Below, in pieces: positions 49,301 through 60,032 of a stretch of DNA of 64,000 bases. The notes under the pieces were generated by a model that ran no database searches, was not told where the DNA came from, and saw only the letters and a program-made list of their open reading frames with translations. The stretch spans positions 87,651-151,650 of the forward strand of contig QPMI01000214.1 of the NCBI GenBank assembly GCA_004431415.1. The letters run 5' to 3'. Position numbers and translations under genes: made by a program. Numbering within the stretch: the stretch's first letter is position 1; each line of letters starts with the position of its first letter. The DNA comes from Cyanophora paradoxa CCMP329. Lineage: Eukaryota; Plantae; Glaucophyta.

Positions 49301-51439
49301 ATTCGTGCCTGCAGTCTCCGTCACGGCGTCCCCAATTAATATTAATATTGCAAGCCCTCCGCTCCGCCTCGCCTCGTGCCCCCCCGGCCCCCGGCGAGCT
49401 TCTCTGCCGGCGACGCCTCCTTGCCGCAGCACCCTCGCATCCGACAGTCCCTTCCCCGGCGCGGGCCAGCAGTGCTAGCGCTGCTGGCCCCGGGATCCCA
49501 TTGCTTCCTCGTAGTCCTCTAGCTACAGCTGATACAATGTTTCCACGTGCAGTAGCTGAGCAGACCTTGAAGCCCTGGAGCCGCCGAACGCCCTCCAACC
49601 AGCCCCGCGCGGGACGAAGGGGTACTTCCCGTTGCGTCGGCGGCCTCCGAGGCCTCGGCGGACCCGAACAGATCGCTCACATGCTGAAGCGCCGGGTGGG
49701 CAGGCGCGTCCGCCGCTGCTGGCGAGGCGAGCGACGCCAGGGGTCCTGCACGCAGTAGCAGCGAAGATCAGTTGGCGCTCAAGCGCGCGCGCCGGGACGC
49801 CCGGGCGCCTGCACCGCACTTCCATGCGATCGGCGGCCCCCGGGGTCCGACGAAGAACGCCTCTCAAGGAGAGCTGCACGGGCGGGCAGGCGGCGCTCGC
49901 CGCTTTGCTGCAGTGCTGCGCGGGGGCCGATCAAACCCCGCTCTTTCTCGGCGCCGCGGCCGCCCAAGGGCCCGGCGTGCCGCGCCCCAACACGGGAGAC
50001 GCACCCGAGAGCTGCTACGCGTCGCCGAGTCCCGCCGCGCGCCCTCCACCAGGGGCCTCTAGGCCTGCAGGTGCGTTCAGGTGCCGAACTCGCACGCGGA
50101 GCCTCAGCGCGCGCTGCCCACGTACATGCGACGCAATGGGCTCCTTCGAGGCGCCCTGGGCTCCGGAGACGCATCTTCGGACGTCTCGCGCTCGCGCTGT
50201 GCCTAATCAGCGCTCGAGGCGGACGCGCCGCGCGGGCCCACTATCAGCCCCAGAAACGCGCACCACATTCTTCTCATGACTTCCGACGTCCGAGGGCAGT
50301 CCGTGAGTGCGCGAGAGCGGGCCGGGCAGCGACTCCTCACACCTCAAGAGCCGACCTCCAGAGCAAATCCCTGCAGAGTTGATCCGGGCTTTCAAGCGTG
50401 CACGTGGCCTCCACGCTCGCTAGGAGCTTGTCCGCCGTGCATAGCTAGCTGAACAGAACTCCGAGCACCGCGCCGCTCCTGTCGGTGGCAAACGCTTGAG
50501 ATAGAAACCAGGCGCGACATGAACTCAGAGCACAGATTGCACCGCCGAGAGGATTGCTCTCTCCGAGGCTCCGCACGCACTCCTTCGGGTGCCAGGACCA
50601 AAGCGTGCATTCCGCAGCTGCCCGACACGCACATCTCGTATTCTGCGCTAGATCTAGCACGCAGCACGTGCGTAGCTAGCTCTCCGGCAACTCCGGCAAG
50701 AGGAAGGCGCGGCTAAGGCGCCTTGGACGGGGGTAAGGGGAAGGGCGGGGGGGGGGGTGGGGCAAGTTTTGGCCGCTGCAGCGGCTAGCTATAGGGTTGC
50801 CACTTACGGTGTAAGTCACAAGGCTTCAAGATGGTCCGGACGCGGACATACGTCATAGGGGGGTACAGTAGGGTCGCCATACAAACGCACCCGCTCCCTT
50901 CCCGTGCAGCTAGCTCCCGTTTCATCGCAGCTAGCGTGCCGTTGGCGTGCGTAATGCAATTGCTACAGAGCGGATTCCCGCGACCCGCATCCCATTTCAA
51001 ATGCCAACAAGAAACGTGATGCAGCCCGACAACCAAGCACGCGCGGCACAATCGCGTCTGTAGCTATTGCATTTCATCTCCTATCTAGTCGATCTAGCGC
51101 AGCTTTCCTGGCGGCCGGCTCCGGAAGTGGAGTAGATGCGGCCAGCTCCGGATGGCACCAAGGTGCAGGACCAGCGGCGGGCTTCCGCCGCCACCGACAG
51201 CGAGCGGCCTACGTGCGCATCGATTAGAGAAGCCAGAAACAGCGAAAAGAGGCCGGCGAGTGCACCAGGGTAGCAAGTCTCCCGAGGTGCCATGTTGGTC
51301 ATCCTCGCCATCCCGGCGACGCTCGCTGCATATCAGAAGTTTAGCCAGCTTATGTCGACAATGAAGTGGTTTCATACCGTGAAAGCGCACCTAGACACGC
51401 CGTGGGCGCCGTGGTGGTGAACTGACTGCAGGTCTCTAT

Positions 51440-52035
51440 CTGGTGGTGCAGAGTTAGGGTTGCACAGCGCAGCGCCTGGCGGGAGGCAGCGCGTATAGTT
51501 CATATCTAACATAGAGAAAGAGAAGCACGCACTTCCGGGCGGCGGGGCTCAGTTTCAAGGTCGGCGGTCCGCGAACCACCCCTTGGCGCAGCGAGGCCGG
51601 GCGCGCCACCGGCTGCGCGGCGGCGGGTCACAGCTTGCACGCGGATAGTACACATGTATGTCGAAGTGCGGCCGTACCGCTAGAGGAATCTGGCATCGAA
51701 GCAGAGCGAGGTGCAACCGAAACGCGATGGGGGCAAACTGGTGGTGCAGAGTTACGGGCGCAAAGCGCAGCGCCTGGGCGGGAGGCAGCGCGTATAGTTC
51801 ATATCTAACATAGAGAAAGAGAAGCACGCACTTCCGGACGGCGGGGCTCAGTTTCCAGGTCGGCGGTCCGCGAACCACCCCCCTTGGCGCAGCGAGGCCG
51901 GGCGCGCCACCGCTGCGCGGCGGCGGGTCAGGGCTTGCACGCGGATAGTACACATGCATTGCAAAGTGCGGCCGTACCGCTAGAGGCATCTGGCATCGAA
52001 GAAGAGCGAGGTGCAACCGAAACGCGATGGGGGGA
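51440..52035. repeat. Internal ~298 bp tandem duplication inside the hAT-like element
   Basis: ctggtggtgcagagtta...gaggtgcaaccgaaacgcgatggggg starts at 51440 and again at 51738, with scattered substitutions. Confidence 0.9.
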
Positions 52036-52679
52036 AAGTGATCTGCGGCGCGCGATCGCTTCCCGTGAGCGGAACCGAGCCACGACCGCCGAGAGAGGTA
52101 CGCACATCGATAATAGAGCCCCGAAACGCATACAGGGTGAGCGGCGCCACGTTGCCGACGCGGGAGGAGGGCCGCCGGGAGGCACCCCTCCGTCGCAGCA
52201 CGCAGACGCTGCGCGGGCGGCTTAAGTCATATCTAGCGGATGGATATGCATCGAGGAGGCAGGAAAGACACCTGCCGGCGAGCTGCGCCCAGAGATCCGA
52301 GAGTCGCTCCTCGCTACCGCGCCCGAGATGCGCTGCCGGGCCGCCGGGCGCGCGCGAAGCGCCCGAAAGTGCTATACTACGTCCAGAGAGATCGTTGAGC
52401 CGTGTGCCGATGCCGGAAAGACTTCGGCCAGACTTCGGTCGTCGATCCGGGAAGCGGGCAGAAACAGCTGGCCGGTCGCGCAGGTTAAGAGATTGAGTGA
52501 CAGGTCAACGTTTGCCAAGAGCGCTCGCTCCGGCTTGCGCTGGTTGCTCGCCGCCATGCACTCTCTTCCCACCCGTGGCTAGTGCTTCTCGGTTTTGCTA
52601 GTACCCCCCGAGCCGCGTCCGCTGTGACGCTATGTCTTTTTTTACAAATCTTGCCGCCTTGTGAGTCAGCCTGGAGCCG

Positions 52680-53142
52680 CCGTAAGTGGGAGTGTAAGTG
52701 GAGTGTAAGTGTAAGTCGATCCGTAAGTCGGCTGTAAGTGGGGTAGAAGCGAGGCGAAAACGCTCCGAATCTGTCGTAAAGATTGGTTATGACTCAGTGA
52801 TCTAAGCGTGAACATTTAACAAGGTTGGCTCCGTGTTTAAGCACTTGAAGACCCTCAAGAGCATGACTTCCATACCCTTGCATGCGCAGCTTGTAACCCC
52901 CTGATGGGCTGCTTGTACCTCAATTCCAGGCGCACTGACCGCTGAACAAGCGAGAAACACGCTTTTACGTATACAGTGTTTCTAGATCGTTTTGGGTCCG
53001 AATTAGGTCGTTTTTCGCTGGTCGAAGGGGGTATCCTGGGGGGCGACTTACGACTTACGGCCGTAATTATAAGTCGGTTTTTGGGGGCCGTAAGTGTAAG
53101 TGGAGTGTAAGTTAAGTCACTTACGTAAGTCGTTTGTAAGTG
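52680..53142. repeat. Subterminal GTAAGT/ACTTAC motif clusters (putative transposase-binding sites)
   Basis: More than a dozen GTAAGT/ACTTAC motifs in 52681-52740 and 53045-53142, plus two next to the left TIR (50802-50816). Confidence 0.75.
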
Positions 53143-56100
53143 AAAGCGGCAACCCTAGCAGCGGCCAATCCTTTTTTGTCCACGGGTGGGGGTACGGGTA
53201 AGTACGGGGGGGGGGGCAAGTTTTGGCCGCTGCAGCGGCCAATCCTTTTTCGCACCCCCGAAATATCTGCGCTCGACTCCGCAGGCGAGCACTTTAGCTT
53301 CGCGACTTGCTGAGCTCGCGGGTGACGGCGTGCGCGCTCTTTGCCCGCACACGAGGCGCCGGCGCATGCATGGAGATCGAGATGCGGTGCGAGCGCAGTG
53401 GTGCGCCCCCGAACTCAGCTAGCTATAGGATGTTGTTGCTGAAGATCTGCAGGTCGAGGCGAGGAGCTCGAGGACCACGCGTACAGACGGCAGTGCACAG
53501 CCCAAATCGCGGGCTCGCAGCCGGTAGATCATCGGATCCTGCGCGAACGCTCCGAGGCTCGCACGCCGGGGCCTTGCAGCTGTGTGCAGCGCGCAACGAC
53601 AACGACAGCGGCCGGGGGCGTCGAAGACAGAGAAAGGCTCTGAGCGACGCTCGTTCGACGTGCGGGCGGCTGCGGTGATCGGGGCGTGTTGAGGCCCTGA
53701 GGCGCTCGCTGGCCGCTCTTCCTGGTACGGCGCGACGGCCTCCACGCCGCCGACCTGCGGATGCAGCCGGAGGAGCTCCGCGACGCGGCCGCCGCCTTGG
53801 TCCGCCTCCGGCGTTTCCCCTTCGACTCCGCCCGCTCGCCCGCTCGCGCGCCGCGCCGCGCGGGCCGACCGTCGGACGGACGCAGCGGTGGCGGCGGCGC
53901 AAGCGCGGGCGGGAACTCCTGCGGCAGCTGCCGAAGGAGGCGACGGGCCTCCTCGTCGACCTCGTCTCGGGGTGCGCGGCGGGCCCTGCCTCGTCCCTGC
54001 CCGCCCCCGCGCGCCTCACGCGGCCCGCAGCACCTTCGCAGCCGCCCCGCCGCCCCCGACGCCGCCATCGCCATCGGCCTCTCTGCCCCCTGCCGCCCCG
54101 CCCGCCCTGCCGGGCGAGTCAGTGGCGACCGTGCCGGCTCCATCGGCACGGCCGGCCGGCGGCACCGGGCGGACCCGGCACGACGCCGAGCTGGCTGGCT
54201 CTCCATCTTCTTGGAGACCGCCGCCGCCGCGGGGCCTTCCCCGCCGGCGCCGGCCGTCCGGGTGGCCAACCCCCTCATCGAGTTCCTCAGGAGCGTCGAG
54301 CTCGGCTACTGCGCGCGGCTCCACGTCGAGCAGCGGCGGCGGCCGAGTGAGGGTGGCATCGGCAGCGCGCGCCGCGCGGCACGGGGCAGTCTTTGGCACG
54401 CGATCCGCCGCGTCCGTATAGCCGCCCAAGCCGGGCGCCCTCCCTCCGGGTCAGATGATCTAGAAGCCTGCCCCCCGGCCCTCCGCCCGCGCCCGCGTCC
54501 GCCCGAGTCGGACCTGCGCGTGATTCGTGCCTGCAGTCTCCGTCACGGCGTCCCCAATTAATATTAATATTGCAAGCCCTCCGCTCCGCCTCGCCTCGTG
54601 CCCCCCCGGCCCCCGGCGAGCTTCTCTGCCGGCGACGCCTCCTTGCCGCAGCACCCTCGCATCCGACAGTCCCTTCCCCGGCGCGGGCCAGCAGTGCTAG
54701 CGCTGCTGGCCCCGGGATCCCATTGCTTCCTCGTAGTCCTCTAGCTACAGCTGATACAATGTTTCCACGTGCAGTAGCTGAGCAGACCTTGAAGCCCTGG
54801 AGCCGCCGAACGCCCTCCAACCAGCCCCGCGCGGGACGAAGGGGTACTTCCCGTTGCGTCGGCGGCCTCCGAGGCCTCGGCGGACCCGAACAGATCGCTC
54901 ACATGCTGAAGCGCCGGGTGGGCAGGCGCGTCCGCCGCTGCTGGCGAGGCGAGCGACGCCAGGGGTCCTGCACGCAGTAGCAGCGAAGATCAGTTGGCGC
55001 TCAAGCGCGCGCGCCGGGACGCCCGGGCGCCTGCACCGCACTTCCATGCGATCGGCGGCCCCCGGGGTCCGACGAAGAACGCCTCTCAAGGAGAGCTGCA
55101 CGGGCGGGCAGGCGGCGCTCGCCGCTTTGCTGCAGTGCTGCGCGGGGGCCGATCAAACCCCGCTCTTTCTCGGCGCCGCGGCCGCCCAAGGGCCCGGCGT
55201 GCCGCGCCCAACACGGGAGACGCACCCGAGAGCTGCTACGCGTCGCCGAGTCCCGCCGCGCGCCCTCCACCAGGGCCTCTAGGCCTGCAGGTGCGTTCAG
55301 GTGCCGAACTCGCACGCGGAGCCTCAGCGCGCGCTGCCCACGTACATGCGACGCAATGGGCTCCTTCGAGGCGCCCCTGGGCTCCGGAGACGCATCTTCG
55401 GACGTCTCGCGCTCGCGCTGTGCCTAATCAGCGCTCGAGGCGGACGCGCCGCGCGGGCCCACTATCAGCCCAGAAACGCGCACCACATTCTTCTCATGAC
55501 TTCCGACGTCCGAGGGCAGTCCGTGAGTGCGCGAGAGCGGGCCGGGCAGCGACTCCTCACACCTCAAGAGCCGACCTCCAGAGCAAATCCCTGCAGAGTT
55601 GATCCGGGCTTTCAAGCGTGCACGTGGCCTCCACGCTCGCTAGGAGCTTGTCCGCCGTGCATAGCTAGCTGAACAGAACTCCGAGCACCGCGCCGCTCCT
55701 GTCGGTGGCAAACGCTTGAGATAGAAACCAGGCGCGACATGAACTCAGAGCACAGATTGCACCGCCGAGAGGATTGCTCTCTCCGAGGCTCCGCACGCAC
55801 TCCTTCGGGTGCCAGGACCAAAGCGTGCATTCCGCAGCTGCCCGACACGCACATCTCGTATTCTGCGCTAGATCTAGCACGCAGCACGTGCGTAGCTAGC
55901 TCTCCGGCAACTCCGGCAAGAGGAAGGCGCGGCTAAGGCGCCTTGGACGGGGGTAAGGGGAAGGGCGGGGGGGGGGGTGGGGGCAAGTTTTGGCCGCTGC
56001 AGCGGCCAATCCTTTTTTGTCCACGGGTGGGGGTACGGGTAAGTACGGGGGGGGGCAAGTTTTGGCCGCTGCAGCGGCCAATCCTTTTTCGCACCCCCGA

Positions 56101-59100
56101 AATATCTGCGCTCGACTCCGCAGGCGAGCACTTTAGCTTCGCGACTTGCTGAGCTCGCGGGTGACGGCGTGCGCGCTCTTTGCCCGCACACGAGGCGCCG
56201 GCGCATGCATGGAGATCGAGATGCGGTGCGAGCGCAGTGGTGCGCCCCGAACTCAGCTAGCTATAGGATGTTGTTGCTGAAGATCTGCAGGTCGAGGCGA
56301 GGAGCTCGAGGACCACGCGTACAGACGGCAGTGCACAGCCCAAATCGCGGGCTCGCAGCCGGTAGATCATCGGATCCTGCGCGAACGCTCCGAGGCTCGC
56401 ACGCCGGGGCCTTGCAGCTGTGTGCAGCGCGCAACGACAACGACAGCGGCCGGGGCGTCGAAGACAGAGAAAGGCTCTGAGCGACGCTCGTTCGACGTGC
56501 GGGCGGCTGCGGTGATCGGGGCGTGTTGAGGCCTGAGGCGCTCGCTGGCCGCTCTTCCTGGTACGGCGCGACGGCCTCCACGCCGCCGACCTGCGGGTGC
56601 AGCCGGAGGAGCTCCGCGACGCGGCCGCCGCCTTGGTCCGCCTCCGGCGTTTCCCCTTCGACTCCGCCGCTCGCCCGCTCGCGCGCCGCGCCGCGCGGGC
56701 CGACCGTCGGACGGACGCAGCGGTGGCGGCGGCGCAAGCGCGGGCGGGAACTCCTGCGGCAGCTGCCGAAGGAGGCGACGGGCCTCCTCGTCGACCTCGT
56801 CTCGGGGTGCGCGGCGGGCCCTGCCTCGTCCCTGCCGCCCCGCGCGCCTCACGCGGCCCGCAGCACCTTCGCAGCCGCCCCGCCGCCCCGACGCCGCCAT
56901 CGCCATCGGCCTCTCTGCCCCTGCCGCCCGCCCGCCCTGCCGGGCGAGTCAGTGGCGACCGTGCCGGCTCCATCGGCACGGCCGGCCGGCGGCACCGGGC
57001 GGACCCGGCACGACGCCGAGCTGGCTGGCTCTCCATCTTCTTGGAGACCGCCGCCGCCGCGGGGCCTTCCCGCCGGCGCCGGCCGTCCGGGTGGCCAACC
57101 CCTCATCGAGTTCCTCAGGAGCGTCGAGCTCGGCTACTGCGCGCGGCTCCACGTCGAGCAGCGGCGGCGGCCGAGTGAGGGTGGCATCGGCAGCGCGCGC
57201 CGCGCGGCACGGGCAGTCTTTGGCACGCGATCCGCCGCGTCCGTATAGCCGCCCAAGCCGGGCGCCCTCCTCCGGGTCAGATGATCTAGAAGCCTGCCCC
57301 CGGCCCTCCGCCCGCGCCCGCGTCCGCCCGAGTCGGACCTGCGCGTGATTCGTGCCTGCAGTCTCCGTCACGGCGTCCCAATTAATATTAATATTGCAAG
57401 CCCTCCGCTCCGCCTCGCCTCGTGCCCCCCGGCCCCGGCGAGCTTCTCTGCCGGCGACGCCTCCTTGCCGCAGCACCTCGCATCCGACAGTCCCTTCCCC
57501 GGCGCGGGCCAGCAGTGCTAGCGCTGCTGGCCCGGGATCCATTGCTTCCTCGTAGTCCTCTAGCTACAGCTGATACAATGTTTCCACGTGCAGTAGCTGA
57601 GCAGACTTGAAGCCCTGGAGCCGCCGAACGCCCTCCAACCAGCCCCGCGCGGGACGAAGGGGTACTTCCCGTTGCGTCGGCGGCCTCCGAGGCCTCGGCG
57701 GACCCGAACAGATCGCTCACATGCTGAAGCGCCGGGTGGGCAGGCGCGTCCGCCGCTGCTGGCGAGGCGAGCGACGCCAGGGGTCCTGCACGCAGTAGCA
57801 GCGAAGATCAGTTGGCGCTCAAGCGCGCGCGCCGGGACGCCCGGGCGCCTGCACCGCACTTCCATGCGATCGGCGGCCCCGGGGTCCGACGAAGAACGCC
57901 TCTCAAGGAGAGCTGCACGGGCGGGCAGGCGGCGCTCGCCGCTTTGCTGCAGTGCTGCGCGGGGCCGATCAAACCCGCTCTTTCTCGGCGCCGCGGCCGC
58001 CCAAGGGCCCGGCGTGCCGCGCCCCAACACGGGAGACGCACCCGAGAGCTGCTACGCGTCGCCGAGTCCCGCCGCGCGCCCTCCACCAGGGGCCTCTAGG
58101 CCTGCAGGTGCGTTCAGGTGCCGAACTCGCACGCGGAGCCTCAGCGCGCGCTGCCCACGTACATGCGACGCAATGGGCTCCTTCGAGGCGCCCCTGGGCT
58201 CCGGAGACGCATCTTCGGACGTCTCGCGCTCGCGCTGTGCCTAATCAGCGCTCGAGGCGGACGCGCCGCGCGGGCCCACTATCAGCCCCAGAAACGCGCA
58301 CCACATTCTTCTCATGACTTCCGACGTCCGAGGGCAGTCCGTGAGTGCGCGAGAGCGGGCCGGGCAGCGACTCCTCACACCTCAAGAGCCGACCTCCAGA
58401 GCAAATCCCTGCAGAGTTGATCCGGGCTTTCAAGCGTGCACGTGGCCTCCACGCTCGCTAGGAGCTTGTCCGCCGTGCATAGCTAGCTGAACAGAACTCC
58501 GAGCACCGCGCCGCTCCTGTCGGTGGCAAACGCTTGAGATAGAAACCAGGCGCGACATGAACTCAGAGCACAGATTGCACCGCCGAGAGGATTGCTCTCT
58601 CCGAGGCTCCGCACGCACTCCTTCGGGTGCCAGGACCAAAGCGTGCATTCCGCAGCTGCCCGACACGCACATCTCGTATTCTGCGCTAGATCTAGCACGC
58701 AGCACGTGCGTAGCTAGCTCTCCGGCAACTCCGGCAAGAGGAAGGCGCGGCTAAGGCGCCTTGGACGGGGTAAGGGAAGGGCGGGGGGGGGGTGGGGCAA
58801 GTTTTGGCCGCTGCAGCGGCCAATCCTTTTTTGTCCACGGGTGGGGGTACGGGTAAGTACGGGGGGGGGCAAGTTTTGGCCGCTGCAGCGGCCAATCCTT
58901 TTTCGCACCCCGAAATATCTGCGCTCGACTCCGCAGGCGAGCACTTTAGCTTCGCGACTTGCTGAGCTCGCGGGTGACGGCGTGCGCGCTCTTTGCCCGC
59001 ACACGAGGCGCCGGCGCATGCATGGAGATCGAGATGCGGTGCGAGCGCAGTGGTGCGCCCCGAACTCAGCTAGCTATAGGATGTTGTTGCTGAAGATCTG

Positions 59101-60032
59101 CAGGTCGAGGCGAGGAGCTCGAGGACCACGCGTACAGACGGCAGTGCACAGCCCAAATCGCGGGCTCGCAGCCGGTAGATCACCGGATCCTGCGCGAACG
59201 CTCCGAGGCTCGCACGCCGGGGCCTTGCAGCTGTGTGCAGCGCGCAACGACAACGACAGCGGCCGGGGGCGTCGAAGACAGAGAAAGGCTCTGAGCGACG
59301 CTCGTTCGACGTGCGGGCGGCTGCGGTGATCGGGGCGTGTTGAGGCCCTGAGGCGCTCGCTGGCCGCTCTTCCTGGTACGGCGCGACGGCCTCCACGCCG
59401 CCGACCTGCGGGTGCAGCCGGAGGAGCTCTGCGACGCGGCCGCCGCCTTGGTCCGCCTCCGGCGTTTCCCTTCGACTCCGCCGCTCGCCCGCTCGCGCGC
59501 CGCGCCGCGCGGGCCGACCGTCGGACGGACGCAGCGGTGGCGGCGGCGCAAGCGCGGGCGGGAACTCCTGCGGCAGCTGCCGAAGGAGGCGACGGGCCTC
59601 CTCGTCGACCTCGTCTCGGGGTGCGCGGCGGGCCCTGCCTCGTCCCTGCCCGCCCCCGCGCGCCTCACGCGGCCCGCAGCACCTTCGCAGCCGCCCCGCC
59701 GCCCCCGACGCCGCCATCCGGATCGCTTAGCTTAACAAAACCTAGTACAGAAGCCTGAAGCTCACTAAGTTAGGCCTCGACAAGATGAGTATCAACTTGG
59801 CAAAGCGAGTCACTGAATTACGAAAAGGCGAAAAAAGCACACAGCTGAACAATTTAGATTCAAAAAGCACGGATTCAAAAGCGACTGTAAACCGCAGCTA
59901 CATGTCTATATTTTTTGGTACGAATCCAGCTACCAGAACTAGCTAAATTGACTAGTTAGCACTACAACCCAGACAACAACGCATCGCGTCCAGGGGATCT
60001 GGAGGAGCGGGTGGCCTCTTCCCCTCTGGCGG

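Larger units (their letters stand above)
50792..53157. mobile_element. Non-autonomous hAT-like DNA transposon (2366 bp)
   Basis: TIR TAGGGTTGCC (50792-50801) / GGCAACCCTA (53148-53157); 8 bp TSD GCAGCGGC (50778-50785, 53158-53165); empty site present in the other four array copies; clustered GTAAGT/ACTTAC subterminal motifs; no transposase ORF recognised. Confidence 0.88.
43941..59718. repeat. Tandem array (macrosatellite) of a ~2.85 kb unit, ~4.7 copies
   Basis: Anchor cccgaacagatcgct recurs at 43941, 46796, 49663, 54885 and 57703; copies are near-identical; copy 3 is lengthened by an insertion; the last copy is truncated at ~59718. Confidence 0.97.

Noticed and set aside
51455-51463. Internal TAGGGTTGC as a nested TIR or telomeric seed
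   Set aside because: Single occurrence, absent from the duplicate copy near 51752, no TSD and no tandem telomeric repeats.
55200-59500. Greater divergence of array copies 4-5 as a sign of age
   Set aside because: Differences are almost all 1 bp deletions in homopolymers, typical of unpolished assembly.
43941-59718. Array as an rDNA, 5S, snRNA or spliced-leader repeat
   Set aside because: No U1, U2, U5, U6, 5S or tRNA signature recognised by eye; a covariance-model search is needed to exclude divergent RNAs.
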